Assembly (NCBI GenBank): GCA_963728205.1
Contig: CAVSIV010000001.1
Coordinates: 576,001 to 640,000, forward strand
DNA length: 64,000 nt
Source: an uncultured Chloroflexia bacterium
Lineage (GTDB): Bacteria; Chloroflexota; Dehalococcoidia; UBA2979
Direction of reading: 5' to 3'
Both the position numbers and the translations under genes were made by a program. This document shows positions 1 to 10,007 of this stretch, in pieces. Below the pieces are notes generated by a model. The model did not search any database. It was not told the DNA's origin and saw only the letters and a list, made by a program, of their open reading frames with translations. Positions within the stretch are counted from its first letter, which is position 1; every line of letters begins with the position of its first letter.

Positions 1-300
1 TTCGCCCACCTCCGCGGCGAAACGCTCGAACCCCGCGGGCGCAGTGATCTGCAGCACGCGGGCCGGCGCGCCGCCCACGACCGAGAACCCGTGCGGGATA
101 CCCCGGGGCAGCAGGCCGAACGAGCCCGGAAGCGCCTCCCACTGCCGGTCGCCGCAGGAGACGGCGAGGGTACCGTCGAGGAGGTAGAACGCCTCTTCCT
201 CCGAGCGGTGCGCGCGCGGAGGCGGTGCGAATCCGGGCGGAAGCTGCTGCTCGACAATCGTGAAGGCGCTGTCCGAGCCTGCGGCTCCCAGCAGATGCAC
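1..300 (-). pseudogene. Cupin (quercetin 2,3-dioxygenase-like) gene, 5' end apparently lost, runs off window edge
   Basis: Not in the ORF track. My translation of 300->1 is open: AFTIVEQQLPPGFAPPPRAHRSEEEAFYLLDG...LLPRGIPHGF...LQITAPAGFERF (cupin motifs 1 and 2; first His replaced by Arg). Confidence 0.75.
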
Positions 301-302
301 CC

Positions 303-590
303 GACGGCACTCGTCTCACGGAACGTGGCGAAGCGGCGCAAGTCACCAAGCAGTCGATGGGCGCGCTCGTCGACCACCTCGAGGCGCGCGGCTACGTCGA
401 CCGCACGCCCGATCCCCTCGACGGCCGTGCCCGGGTGATTCGCCTGACCGCGCGCGGGCCCGACGTCGAGCGTGCGGCCCGCGAGACGATAACCGAGGTG
501 GAGGCGGAGTGGGCGCGACGGCTCGGCGCGCGACGCATGCAGCAGTTCCGCCGCACGCTCGAGGACCTTGCCCGGCAGATCGAGCGATGA
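303..590 (+). pseudogene. MarR-family regulator, N-terminally truncated
   Basis: DGTRLTERGEAAQVTKQSMGALVDHLEARGYVDRTPDPLDGRA is a MarR wHTH. In-frame stop at 261 and no start codon for the N-terminal helices. Confidence 0.75.
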
Positions 591-838
591 GCTTTCCGGA
601 CCGACTCGCGCTCGGCATTGGCCTGCTCGGGAACGTGATCACGGCCGCACTGTTCCTGCGCATGCTGCAGCGGCTCTTCCTCGGGCCGCTGCCCGACCGG
701 TGGCGGCGCTTCCCCGACCTCGGGCGCGTCGAGGTCGCCACGCTGGGCACGCTGCTCGGCTTCGTCGTGCTGATTGGCGTCATGCCGGCATGGCTGCTCG
801 ACGTCATCGACTCGTTCGCGCGAAGGCTCGTCGGGTGA
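587..838 (+). pseudogene. C-terminal fragment of NADH-quinone oxidoreductase subunit M-like protein
   Basis: ITAALFLRMLQRLFLGPLP...DL...EVATLGTLLGFVVLIGVMP.WLL matches the NuoM C-terminus; only 83 aa of a much longer protein. Confidence 0.7.
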
Positions 839-906
839 TGCTCACCGCCGCGCCGCCATCGTGGCTCGCGGGGGCCGCGGGGCCGCTCCCGGCGAGTGGC
901 CGCGCG

Positions 907-1215
907 ATGACCGGGATGGCCGACGACGTCATCCCGGAGATCGTGTTCGTGGTGGGCGGGATCGCGGTGCTCGGCTACGCGCTTTTCACGTCGCGGCGCC
1001 GCCAGGCGCGAGCGGCGGTGGCCGCGCTGGCCGCGCTGGTCGTGACGGTGGTGGCCGCCGTCGTGACGGCGATGATGCCCGGCGGCGCGCAGCGCCTCAC
1101 CGTCTTCGACACCTATGCACGCGACGGCGCCGCGGAGTGGGCGAAGCTGATCGTGCTACTGCCGACGGCCGGGGTGATCGCACTCTCCGTGCGCTGGTTC
1201 GAGCGGGACGCCCGG
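907..1215 (+). pseudogene. N-terminal fragment of NADH-quinone oxidoreductase subunit N-like protein
   Basis: IPEIVFVVGG...FDTYARDGAAEWAKLIVL...SVRWF resembles the NuoN N-terminus and follows the NuoM fragment. The frame becomes Arg-rich junk after about 1215. Confidence 0.65.
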
Positions 1216-1557
1216 CAACCCACGGTAGTCCGCCGGCGGCCCTCAACAGGCCGGAGAGCCGCTCGCGAGTCGTCCGACGACCGCGTCGTCTGCCGTCGGC
1301 CGTCACTGTGGCTCACTGTTGGCCACTGGAGCGTCGTTTCAGTCGGCCCCGTTCCGAGGCCCCCGCGCCGCGGACGGCGGCCGTCGGCACGCATGTGGAC
1401 GCGGTGATGAAGGCCCGCTACACGCGTCCCGGGACTTCACCCGTGGCCGGCCGCGGCGCGGTGGGACGCAGACTGCGAACGCGCGCCCGAGTGATCCCAG
1501 TGGCAGGCCGCAGCGAGCAACTGACATACCGCCACGCGCAGTGGGGAATGCAGCTCC

Positions 1558-2115
1558 ATGAACGCTCGCGATACCTGGTTCCGGCGCGCGGCCTGGCGAC
1601 GAGCGGTCGCTCCAGGCGGCGGCCACTACGCGGCCGAGGTAGGCGGGTCCCCGCCCTCCGCAGGCGCGGTGCGCTGGGTCGCGGCCGGTCTGTCACTCGG
1701 GGCGGGCGGAATCCATTTTGCCGTGAGTCCCGAGCACTTTGCGGAGTACTGGCTCTTCGGCTGGCTCTTCGTGATCGCTGCGTGGTTCCAGGCCTGCTGG
1801 GCGCTCGCGATGGTCAGCAGCGGCACCCGCCGCGTCGCGCTGGCAGGGGCGGTCGTGAACATCGCGCTCGTCGCCGTCTATCTCTGGACGCGGCTCGTCT
1901 CCGTGCCGGTCGGTCCGGAGGCGGGCGAACCCGAGGCGGCGACGCTGCTCGGCGGCGCGGTGCTGATATTCGAAGTGCTGATTGTCGCGGCGGCGCTCTC
2001 CGTGGTGCGCGCTCCCCGCGAGGCGTCCGCTCCCGGCGCCACACCGGGACGGCTGCTGGGCGCGGCGGTGCTCTGCGTCATCGTCGGCGCCGCACTCGCG
2101 ATCGCTAGCACGTGA
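1558..2115 (+). CDS. Integral membrane protein with His-containing motif (IH...PEH..EYW), function unknown
   Basis: About 5 hydrophobic segments, GC-rich third positions, directly upstream of a cupredoxin gene. Confidence 0.7.
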   Translation: MNARDTWFRRAAWRRAVAPGGGHYAAEVGGSPPSAGAVRWVAAGLSLGAGGIHFAVSPEHFAEYWLFGWLFVIAAWFQACWALAMVSSGTRRVALAGAVVNIALVAVYLWTRLVSVPVGPEAGEPEAATLLGGAVLIFEVLIVAAALSVVRAPREASAPGATPGRLLGAAVLCVIVGAALAIAST

Positions 2116-2372
2116 CCGCTTCTTCCACCGCTCCTGGCCCGGCCGGTCGCAACTCCTCCCGCGACCGGCCGGGCGCCATCTCGTGAAGCGATCCGCGTTG
2201 CCGAACGGCTGACCCATGCTCGGGCCCCGTCGGGTGATCCGTGGCGCCGCTTGCGGCGAGTCATTGCCAGGGGACGGGACAAATCCGAAACGGCAGAGCA
2301 ATGGGGCGGCTGGTGGTCGCAACGCGCCGACGTTCCTCGATCGCTCCTCGCCGTGCAGTGGAGGAGGGCAAG

Positions 2373-3488
2373 ATGTCAGGGAACCCCGTCGGCCTCGCCA
2401 TCCGCGAGGGAGGGGGGCGCGGACGGCGCGCCGCCTGGTTGCTGGCGGCATGCGTCGCCATCACGGCGACCGTTCTGTTGCTGGTCGCCGGTCGTGCGAG
2501 CGCCGCGAACGCAGCGGTGAGCGCCGCAGGCTCGGGCGCGGCTGCGCGCTTCAATCCCAATACCGTGACGGTCGCCTCCGGAGACACCGTCAACTTCGAC
2601 TGGGTGAGCGGCACGCACACGGCGACGGCCGTCAACGGCGCCTTCGACTTCCAGGTGACGAGTGGGAGTCCCACGAACACGTGGACGGCAGGCGCGCCGG
2701 GCACCTACTACTTCTACTGCGCGGTCCACGCCACCGCGGCCGAGGCCACAGAGGCGCACGTGCAGGCGAACGACGCGATGGTCGGCAAGGTCGTGGTCAC
2801 GGCGGCCGCGAGCGGCACGCCTACGCCCACGCCGACGGCGACCGCGGCGCCGAGTGCCACGGCCACGCCGGCGGCGACGCCCGCGGGCAGCGCCACGCCC
2901 GTCGCCGCGGCCGACTTCACGCAGTTCGGCTTCCCCACGGTGGGTGGCTCAATCCAGCTCGCGGCCGGCCAGGGCGGCACGGTCTCGGCCGGCAACCAGA
3001 CGGTCACGATCAATCCCGGAACGTTCGCGACGCCGGTCACCTTCGACCTGCTCACGGGCGACGTCGCGACGTTCCAGCCGCTCGCGGATCCCGACGACAC
3101 GGTGATCGGGGCCTTCGCGTTCCGCGTCACGGGACCCAGCGGGCTCATCCGCACGTTCGCGAAGCCCGTGCACTACGCGATCACGAGCGCACAGGTCGCG
3201 GCGGGCGGCAGCATCTACAACACGACGGCGACCAATCCGCCGCAGGCGAGCGAGAACGCGAAGCCGCCAGTGGTCGCCGGGCAAACGCTGACGCATGACT
3301 TCACGGGTGCCGCCGTCGGTTGGTTCACGACGGCACCGGCCCCGGGGTCGGTGGCGCCCGCACCGGCCACGACGGGGAACGCGGGGCTGCTCGGAGCAGC
3401 GCAGCCGGTGGCTTTCGCCTGGTTGCTGGGCGCGCTGGCGCTCGCGACCGTCGTGGGCGGACGCCTGCTGCTCCGCCGGCGGCGCTAG
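2373..3488 (+). CDS. Secreted plastocyanin/cupredoxin-domain surface protein with PT linker and C-terminal sorting signal
   Basis: RBS GGAGGAGG; signal peptide; FNPNTVTVASGDTV; THT; GTYYFYCAVH...MVGKVVV; C-terminal PATTGNAG + TM + RRRR. Confidence 0.85.
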   Translation: MSGNPVGLAIREGGGRGRRAAWLLAACVAITATVLLLVAGRASAANAAVSAAGSGAAARFNPNTVTVASGDTVNFDWVSGTHTATAVNGAFDFQVTSGSPTNTWTAGAPGTYYFYCAVHATAAEATEAHVQANDAMVGKVVVTAAASGTPTPTPTATAAPSATATPAATPAGSATPVAAADFTQFGFPTVGGSIQLAAGQGGTVSAGNQTVTINPGTFATPVTFDLLTGDVATFQPLADPDDTVIGAFAFRVTGPSGLIRTFAKPVHYAITSAQVAAGGSIYNTTATNPPQASENAKPPVVAGQTLTHDFTGAAVGWFTTAPAPGSVAPAPATTGNAGLLGAAQPVAFAWLLGALALATVVGGRLLLRRRR

Positions 3489-3625
3489 GCGGCGGAGGGT
3501 CCCGCCGGACGGGCCGGACCCTCGGGCGCCCGCGCGTCGGCGCTCGCTGCGCCGGCCGCACGTCCGGGCAGGAGCCGCGTCGAGTTGAGGATGAAGGTCA
3601 GCTCCGACGACACCTGGACGGCAAC
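3485..3625 (-). pseudogene. Remnant of heavy-metal P1B-type ATPase C-terminus
   Basis: VQVSSELTFILNSTRLLP resembles the last TM helix (SELxFILNSxRLL) of P1B ATPases; no upstream coding context. Confidence 0.5.
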
Positions 3626-3974
3626 TGGTAGGTAGACATGAGCGAGACCAGGCCGCTCATCCAGTAGCGCGTCCGCGGCGCGCTCGCTCACCAGGTTGAC
3701 TTCCCTGCTCGGTCAAGCTCGTTGCTGTCGCTTCGGCGGCGACGGGCTTGGCCGGTCTCTTGACGGGCCTTATTGCGCCGGGATCCCGCCGGACCTCCAG
3801 CTTCGATCGTGCTTCCCGTGATCCCACGCCCGCCCATGGGCGCCCGCCACGGGATGATCGCGCTGGATGGCGTCCCTGAAGAGGGACGGAAGGCAATCGT
3901 CTGCACCCGCCGACTCAGAGGCGATCGCGTCGCCCGGACCTTCCGCCGACGAGCGCGTCGGCGCGGAAGGGACG

Positions 3975-5138
3975 TCAGGGGCAGGTCGTCCCCTGGACCT
4001 CGCATCCGTTGGAGAAGTTGCCATCGCAGTCGATGAAGCCCGGCGCACACGCGACGATCACACAGTTGCCATTGGTGCACCCGGTGCTGGCGTTCGGTGC
4101 GAAGCAGACATTGCCGCAGCTGCCGCAGTTGTTCGGGTCGGTCGTCAGGTCGAAGCCGTTGTCGACCACGCCGTCGCAGTCGTCGTCGAGTCCATTGCAC
4201 ACCTCGGGTTGCGGAAGCACCTCGCCGAGGCACGCTCCCCACTGGCCGGTGCTATCGCAGATCTGGGTTCCGCTCCGACAGATGCCGACGTTCGCCGTTC
4301 CAGCCGGACCCGAGTAGCAGGGCCGTGTCGCGCCCGGGGTGCAGACGCCGGTGGCCACGCAGGTTCCGCTCACGCAAGCCTGGCCGCTCGGGCAGGCAGC
4401 GCCGCAGGACCCGCAGTTGTTCACGTCGGTCGACGTGTTGACGCACACGCCGTTGCACAGAACTTCGCCGGCCGGGCACTCCTGCACGCACGTGCCGTTC
4501 TGACACACTTCCGCCGCCGGGCAATCCGCGTCCGTGGTGCAGCCGACGCACACGCCCGCGCCGTTGCAGGAACCGGCCGGGCAAGCCGTCCCCGCGGGTG
4601 CGGGAGCGAAGCCGCACGTCCCGCTCACACAGGTGGCCGTGAGGCAGGGGGCGGTGGACTGCGCGCAGTCGGCCGGTGTCGTGCACTGGCTCTGAACGCA
4701 GGCGCCGTTGGAGCACGTTGTCCCCGCGGCGCAGACGGTGCCGCAGGCGCCGCAGTTGCTGTTGTCGCTCTCGGTGTCGATACACGCGCCGTTGCACCAC
4801 GTCTGGCCGGTGGGGCAGACGGGGTTGCACGTGCACGTGACCTGGACGCACACGCCGTTGCGGCACACCGAGTCGTGGGAGCACGAGTTGCCGCACGCGC
4901 CGCAGTTGTCGCTGTTCGAGGTGAGGTCCCGGCACAACCCGCCGCATTCGGTCAGCCCGGGCGGGCAGCCCCTGCCGGGCGGCGATGGCGGAGGCGCCGC
5001 CCAGGCGGGCTTGCCTCCCAGCACCGTTGCGCCGACGCCGATGCCCAGGGCAGCGAGGGCTCGGCTCAGCATCCTGCGCCGTCCGATGCCCTCGGGCTCG
5101 GCCACAGCTCGGGCCAGGTCGTCGAAGCGATTACTCAT
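3975..5138 (-). CDS. Tat-exported cysteine-rich repeat protein
   Basis: FDDLAR...GRRRML twin-arginine leader with AWA cleavage; four NCGxCGxxC repeats; EVCNGLDDDCDG motif; about 54 Cys by hand count. Confidence 0.85.
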   Translation of the reverse strand: MSNRFDDLARAVAEPEGIGRRRMLSRALAALGIGVGATVLGGKPAWAAPPPSPPGRGCPPGLTECGGLCRDLTSNSDNCGACGNSCSHDSVCRNGVCVQVTCTCNPVCPTGQTWCNGACIDTESDNSNCGACGTVCAAGTTCSNGACVQSQCTTPADCAQSTAPCLTATCVSGTCGFAPAPAGTACPAGSCNGAGVCVGCTTDADCPAAEVCQNGTCVQECPAGEVLCNGVCVNTSTDVNNCGSCGAACPSGQACVSGTCVATGVCTPGATRPCYSGPAGTANVGICRSGTQICDSTGQWGACLGEVLPQPEVCNGLDDDCDGVVDNGFDLTTDPNNCGSCGNVCFAPNASTGCTNGNCVIVACAPGFIDCDGNFSNGCEVQGTTCP

Positions 5139-6625
5139 GCTGATACCTCAACTCGCTGGTCCTGCAGGAGGGCCAGAACGGCGGGGGCGCCGACGCTCAG
5201 GCCACTGGCGACATGCCCGTCAGGGTCGACCCGCACCGCGATCGGTGTGCCGCCGGCGCCATAGGACGACATGACCGCGCCCGCGGCGTCAAGCAGCACG
5301 GTCGAGGCGAAGCCCTGGGCCGCCGTCGCCGCCGCGTCTCCGGTGGTAACGACCAACAGCTCGGGTGCGCGGGACGCGCGGCTCCGCTGCTCCCAGGACA
5401 GCACGTCGGGCAGCATGCGCTGGCAGAAGCCGCAGCCGGGGTTCCAGAACAGCAGCACGACGTCGCGGCCGCGGGACTCTGACAGCGCGACTTCGCCGCC
5501 GCCTATCGTGGGCAGGCGGAAGTCGGGGGCGAGGGCGCCGACGCGCAAGCCCTGCGGTGATGGCGCCGGAGCCGCCGCCGGGGCCGGGCGGAGCTGCAGC
5601 GGCACTCCCCTCGTCACCCGCTCCACCAGGGCCGTGATGGCCGGCCCACCCGACGTCACCGGCGACGCGATGTGCCCTCGGACGTCGACGAGTACCGCGC
5701 CGGGCGTGCCGTTGTAGCGGTAGGCGGTCGCCACCTGGCGATTGGGGTCGAGCAGGACGTCGGCCAGGCCGTGCTCGGCCGCCTTGGCCCGGTTCTTGTC
5801 GACCGCGCCGCTGCTGACGAGGACCACCCGCAGCCGGTTGGCGTGCTCACGCTGCCAACGCGCGATGTCGGGCGCGAGCGTGGTGCACGGGCCGCAGCCG
5901 GGGTCGGAGAACACCAGCAGGACGGGCTTGCCTCCGGTCCGCAAGCCGGCCAACGTCACGGTCGCTCCCTGCAGGCCCTCGAGCGAGAACGAAGGGGCGT
6001 CCAATCCGACTGGAAGGCCGTCGGACTGGGGGTGCTGGTGGGGCGGAGCGGGCTGGCCGGTCGCCACCGCCGGTCGCTGCTCGAGCTGCTCAACTCGGCG
6101 CAGGAGGCGGCCGTGCTGGCGCAGCAGGAGGAACAGCGCCCACGTCTGCGCCCCGACCACGCCGCTGAGCACGGTCAGCGCGCTGCCGACGACGAGTTGC
6201 GTCGCGGTGAAGTCGGTCAGGCTGCGCCCGCCGCCGGAGGCGGCCACCGCGGCAGCTGCGGCGAGCAGCGCGGCGTTGCGCATGAGGCTCCAGCCTGAAA
6301 TCGGCCCATTCGAGAGGGCGCCAAAGCAGTTGCAATCCGGCCGTCGGCCGCGAGCCAGGTTGACGGCCAGCAGTCCGCTGAAGGCCAGGAGAGCCATCGC
6401 GCCGAGGATGCCCGCCAGCCGAGCGGTCGAGGCCGGGATCAACAGGATCGCGACGGCCAGCTCGAAGACGGGCAACCCGACGGCCGCTACGCCCGCCAAC
6501 GGACCCGGTACACCCAGCTCCGTCGCAGCCCGGCGGGTTCCGACCCGGTGGTTCGCCTTGGCCGCGCCCGACACTGCAAACACGGCGGCAAGCACGAGCC
6601 TCAGCCCAAGCATTCCCGTCGCCAT
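5135..6625 (-). CDS. MauE/DoxX membrane domain fused to two TlpA/thioredoxin-like domains
   Basis: MauE motif RPDCNCFG; two redoxin domains with CGPC and CGFC; stop overlaps the start of the Cys-rich gene (ATGA). Confidence 0.85.
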   Translation of the reverse strand: MATGMLGLRLVLAAVFAVSGAAKANHRVGTRRAATELGVPGPLAGVAAVGLPVFELAVAILLIPASTARLAGILGAMALLAFSGLLAVNLARGRRPDCNCFGALSNGPISGWSLMRNAALLAAAAAVAASGGGRSLTDFTATQLVVGSALTVLSGVVGAQTWALFLLLRQHGRLLRRVEQLEQRPAVATGQPAPPHQHPQSDGLPVGLDAPSFSLEGLQGATVTLAGLRTGGKPVLLVFSDPGCGPCTTLAPDIARWQREHANRLRVVLVSSGAVDKNRAKAAEHGLADVLLDPNRQVATAYRYNGTPGAVLVDVRGHIASPVTSGGPAITALVERVTRGVPLQLRPAPAAAPAPSPQGLRVGALAPDFRLPTIGGGEVALSESRGRDVVLLFWNPGCGFCQRMLPDVLSWEQRSRASRAPELLVVTTGDAAATAAQGFASTVLLDAAGAVMSSYGAGGTPIAVRVDPDGHVASGLSVGAPAVLALLQDQRVEVSA

Positions 6626-6950
6626 GCGTCCGCCTTCGGCCGATACAGCCCCGTCGTGGTGGCGCCGCATGCTAGCAACGCCTCAGCCCCCTGCCAACAA
6701 CGCACCGCGACGCCGCCGCGTTCTCGGCGATTCATTCGCGTCCGTCGCCACGACGACAACGGACGCAAACGGCCGCTTCGAGCGGTCGTCGACACGCTCC
6801 TCCCGGCCCCCTGCCCCAGCAGCATCAGTCAGTACAATCTGGCCGCGCACGTGGTCGCACTTCGAATGGCCGAAATCGACTTCCCGCTCGGGTAGGCTCA
6901 CCCTTGAAGCAACCCGGATCATTCTGTGCGAGGTCCGCAGGGAGCGCGAC

Positions 6951-7448
6951 GTGTTTGAGACAGCGAGCGAACTGGCGGCGCTCCAGGCGCTGCTCGACCG
7001 AAGCTTCGGCGCGAGCGGCGAGCACATGCGCGGAATCGTCACGGCCGAGCGTCGGCTGACGGCGGTGCAGGTCGCGAACTACCTTCAGGGCGTGAAGCAC
7101 GTGTCGTTCGGCACGGTGAGCAGCAACTGTGAGCCGTTCGTCTCGCCGCTCGACGGCTGGTTCCTGCACGGCCAGTTCATCGTGAGCACCGCAGCGAAGG
7201 CCGTTCGGGCGAGGCACGTGCGGCGAAAGCCGGCCGTGAGTCTCGCCCACGTCGTCGGCGACGACATCGGCATCTGGGTGCACGGAAGGGCACGGATCGC
7301 CGGGAGAGGTGATCCGCTCGTCGACGAATACGACCGCGTCGCGACAGAAACGTACGGGAGCAGCCCGTTCGGCTGGGGCGACGTCGTGGTCATGCCGATC
7401 GAACCGCGGGTGATGTTCGCCTACGCGCCCGATCCCGCGAAGTACTGA
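6951..7448 (+). CDS. Pyridoxamine 5'-phosphate oxidase-like (split-barrel flavin/F420) protein
   Basis: GTG start after GGGAG; ETASELAALQALLDRS...EPFVSPLDGWFLHG...RARHVRRKPAVS pattern. Confidence 0.8.
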   Translation: MFETASELAALQALLDRSFGASGEHMRGIVTAERRLTAVQVANYLQGVKHVSFGTVSSNCEPFVSPLDGWFLHGQFIVSTAAKAVRARHVRRKPAVSLAHVVGDDIGIWVHGRARIAGRGDPLVDEYDRVATETYGSSPFGWGDVVVMPIEPRVMFAYAPDPAKY

Positions 7449-7667
7449 GCGATTGCATCGTGAGGGATTGCCGGGAAGGTGGGGACGCGCGGATCTCCTC
7501 CGCGCGGAAGATCCAGGGCGCCCCACGATCTCGCAGTAGTGTCCCCGACGCCGAAGGCGACGAGGGGCTCGGCCCTGCCGTCGGTCCCAGTGCTTAGACT
7601 CTGACCGGCCTGAAATGCAGCCGTTCACGACCCATCCGACGGACTTCGCCCACGAAGGGACCGCCCA

Positions 7668-8309
7668 TTGGCTGTACGCGTCGATCTGAACATCTCGCTC
7701 GACGGTTTCGCGACGACGACCGATCAGACGCCAGAGGACCCGTTCGGGCGGGACTGGCAGCGTCTCGTCCACGCCTACGTCGCGACCCGTACGTTCCGAA
7801 CTCGCGTCCTGCACGATACTTCTGGCGAAGGTACGACGGGTGTCGACGACGAGTACGCGCAGGCGTACTTCGCCGACCTCGGAGCGGAGATCATGGGTGC
7901 CGGCATGTTCGGGCTGCACAACTACCCGGACGACCCCGACTGGCGCGGTTGGTGGGGAGACGAGCCGCCGTTCCGGGTACCGGTCTTCGTGCTCACTCAC
8001 ACCCCGCGCAAGTCCATCGAAATGGCCGGTGGAACGACATTCCACTTTCTCTCCGCGACCCCCGCCGAAGCGCTCGATCACGCGCTCCGCGCCGCAAACG
8101 GCAAGGACGTCCGGATCGGCGGGGGCCCGACCGTAGTCCGCGAGTTCCTGAAGGCCGGTCTTGTCGACCAACTCCACGTCGCGATCGCGCCGATCGTGCT
8201 GGCGCGCGGCATCCGCCTCTGGGACGACCTGCGGGGGCTCGAGTCCGGATTCGCGGTGAAGGCGGAAACGGCGCCGAGCGGGACGATTCATCTCACGTTC
8301 CGCCGCTGA
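7668..8309 (+). CDS. Dihydrofolate reductase-like (RibD C-terminal) protein
   Basis: ISLDGF, IMGAGMF, PVFVLTH, GKDVRIGGG, LVDQL motifs. Confidence 0.9.
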   Translation: MAVRVDLNISLDGFATTTDQTPEDPFGRDWQRLVHAYVATRTFRTRVLHDTSGEGTTGVDDEYAQAYFADLGAEIMGAGMFGLHNYPDDPDWRGWWGDEPPFRVPVFVLTHTPRKSIEMAGGTTFHFLSATPAEALDHALRAANGKDVRIGGGPTVVREFLKAGLVDQLHVAIAPIVLARGIRLWDDLRGLESGFAVKAETAPSGTIHLTFRR

Positions 8310-8452
8310 GGGCGCGGACACGGCCCGAAGCCGGGAGGAAGAGGCCGCCATGCCGGGAATCCTCCAGCGAACGGGAGCCCGTTGCAGGCCGCTAGCGGTA
8401 CGATTCCCGCCGTCGCTTGGGCGCGCACGGTTCCGCGCTGATGAGAGGGGCC

Positions 8453-9307
8453 CTAGGGTCGGTTCGCCCGTTCGATCGGGAAGCCGACGATCGAGCCCCA
8501 CTCCGTCCACGAGCCGTCGTAAACGCGAACGTTCGACCAGCCGAGGAGGCGACTCGCGGCGAACCAGCCAAGCGACGCTCGATGCGAGAGACGACAGTAG
8601 GTCACCACGTCCAGCTCGGGGGTCGCACCGACCGAACGTAGCTGCCCCTCAATCGCATCGGCATCGAGGAACACCCCTTCCTCGTCGAGCAGGTGCTCGA
8701 AGTACAGGTGCCGGGCGCCCGGAATCCTCCCGGCTCGCTCCGCGCCGTGGTCGACCGCGTACGAGGAAGGCGAGACGCGAGCGCCCTCCCATTCCTCGTC
8801 CGTGCGCATGTCGATCAGGACGCGCGCGGGATCGTCCAGGTGTGCTCGCACGTCGTCGCGTCCGACCTCCGCTGCAATGCCCGCGGGGCCCGGCGTGACT
8901 TGCGCTGCCACCGGTGGGCCACTGGGTTCGCGGGTTACGGCGAACCCTTGCGACAGCCAGCGCGCGCGCCCACCGTCAAGGACACTCGCGACGTGATCTA
9001 GGCCGGTCAGTGCGAGCACCCAGTAGGCGTACGTAGCGAATTGAATTGGGTCTCCCACCAGGACGACGTGTGAACGGTCGGAGATCCCGAGCTCACCGAG
9101 TCGGCGCGCCATCTCTTCGGCCGCCGGGAATGCTCGGTCACGCTCGTCCCAGCAGAGTGCCTTCCACCACGCGAAGCGCGCACCTCGAATGTGTCCTTCG
9201 CGAAAGTACCGGGCTTGGGGCTCGGGCTCTGACGACACCTCGACGACAACCAGGTCGGGGTCGTCCAGACGATCGTTTAGCCACTCGGCCGTCACCAGTG
9301 GGTGCAT
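8453..9307 (-). CDS. Tandem-rhodanese sulfurtransferase
   Basis: LVTAEWL, GHIRGA, LDGG, GRIPGA, active-site YCRLSHR, VYDGSWTEW. Confidence 0.92.
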   Translation of the reverse strand: MHPLVTAEWLNDRLDDPDLVVVEVSSEPEPQARYFREGHIRGARFAWWKALCWDERDRAFPAAEEMARRLGELGISDRSHVVLVGDPIQFATYAYWVLALTGLDHVASVLDGGRARWLSQGFAVTREPSGPPVAAQVTPGPAGIAAEVGRDDVRAHLDDPARVLIDMRTDEEWEGARVSPSSYAVDHGAERAGRIPGARHLYFEHLLDEEGVFLDADAIEGQLRSVGATPELDVVTYCRLSHRASLGWFAASRLLGWSNVRVYDGSWTEWGSIVGFPIERANRP

Positions 9308-10007
9308 TTGCTGTACTCCTCGCCAGCACCGCGCCTGATCCGCGGGCGGCGGCGACGTGCCTGTGCCGCCTGGCACGGCGGCTCCCGGGTTCATCGTTGC
9401 CGATGCGACGCGAGCGATCGTAGGACCGGGTGCGCCGAGCGTGAACTTCACGATCGCGCGATCGTCGCGGCGACCGCTCGCCCCGCGTCCATCGGCGGCG
9501 CCGTGCTCCATCGGCTCGCAGCTGCCGGGCCGCGCGGTCGGCGAGCCGGCTCCGGTCGTCGCCGTCGGATCGCGCTCGGTCGCTCGTGGGCGCGTGAGTC
9601 CTCGCATGCGATCGCAGGCACTCGTTTGTCCTCGGCGTCCTCGCCCGACCTATCTGCAGGCTTCGACGCCGCTCGGCGAGGCGCCGCCGACGCGAACGGC
9701 GTCGAAGCAGGTACCAGGCGACTCCACGTCGCAGTCAAAGGAGGCCGCCCCGCAGCCAGGCGGCCGGCCGCGTAACCCACGGCGTCCGCGGCGAGGGCGG
9801 TCCGGACCGTCGCACGGTCGACGCGCGGGGTTGTGCCCTCGCCGCGAACGCGCGGCAGTCGGCACGATGCCGTCGTCGTTCCCCACGGCGCAGGCCCCAA
9901 GCACAGGGACGGCCGCGGGCATCGGACTCGGACGAACGTCCGAGGCGACGTGGCGGCGTGGGCGGGTAGCATCGGCGCTGACATGGCGCGACGTGAGGAG
10001 GACCGAT

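Noticed and set aside
24-34. GCTCGAACCCC matching the tRNA-Ala T-arm, as a possible att duplicate
   Set aside because: Only 11 bp, lies inside the cupin coding frame (GFER), and lacks the acceptor-stem end.
587-1407. Functional nuoM/nuoN genes
   Set aside because: Each covers only a small part of the normal protein; no other nuo genes are present.
6720-6790. ATTTTDANGRF segment resembling a surface-protein beta domain
   Set aside because: Too short and without an ORF context to support a call.
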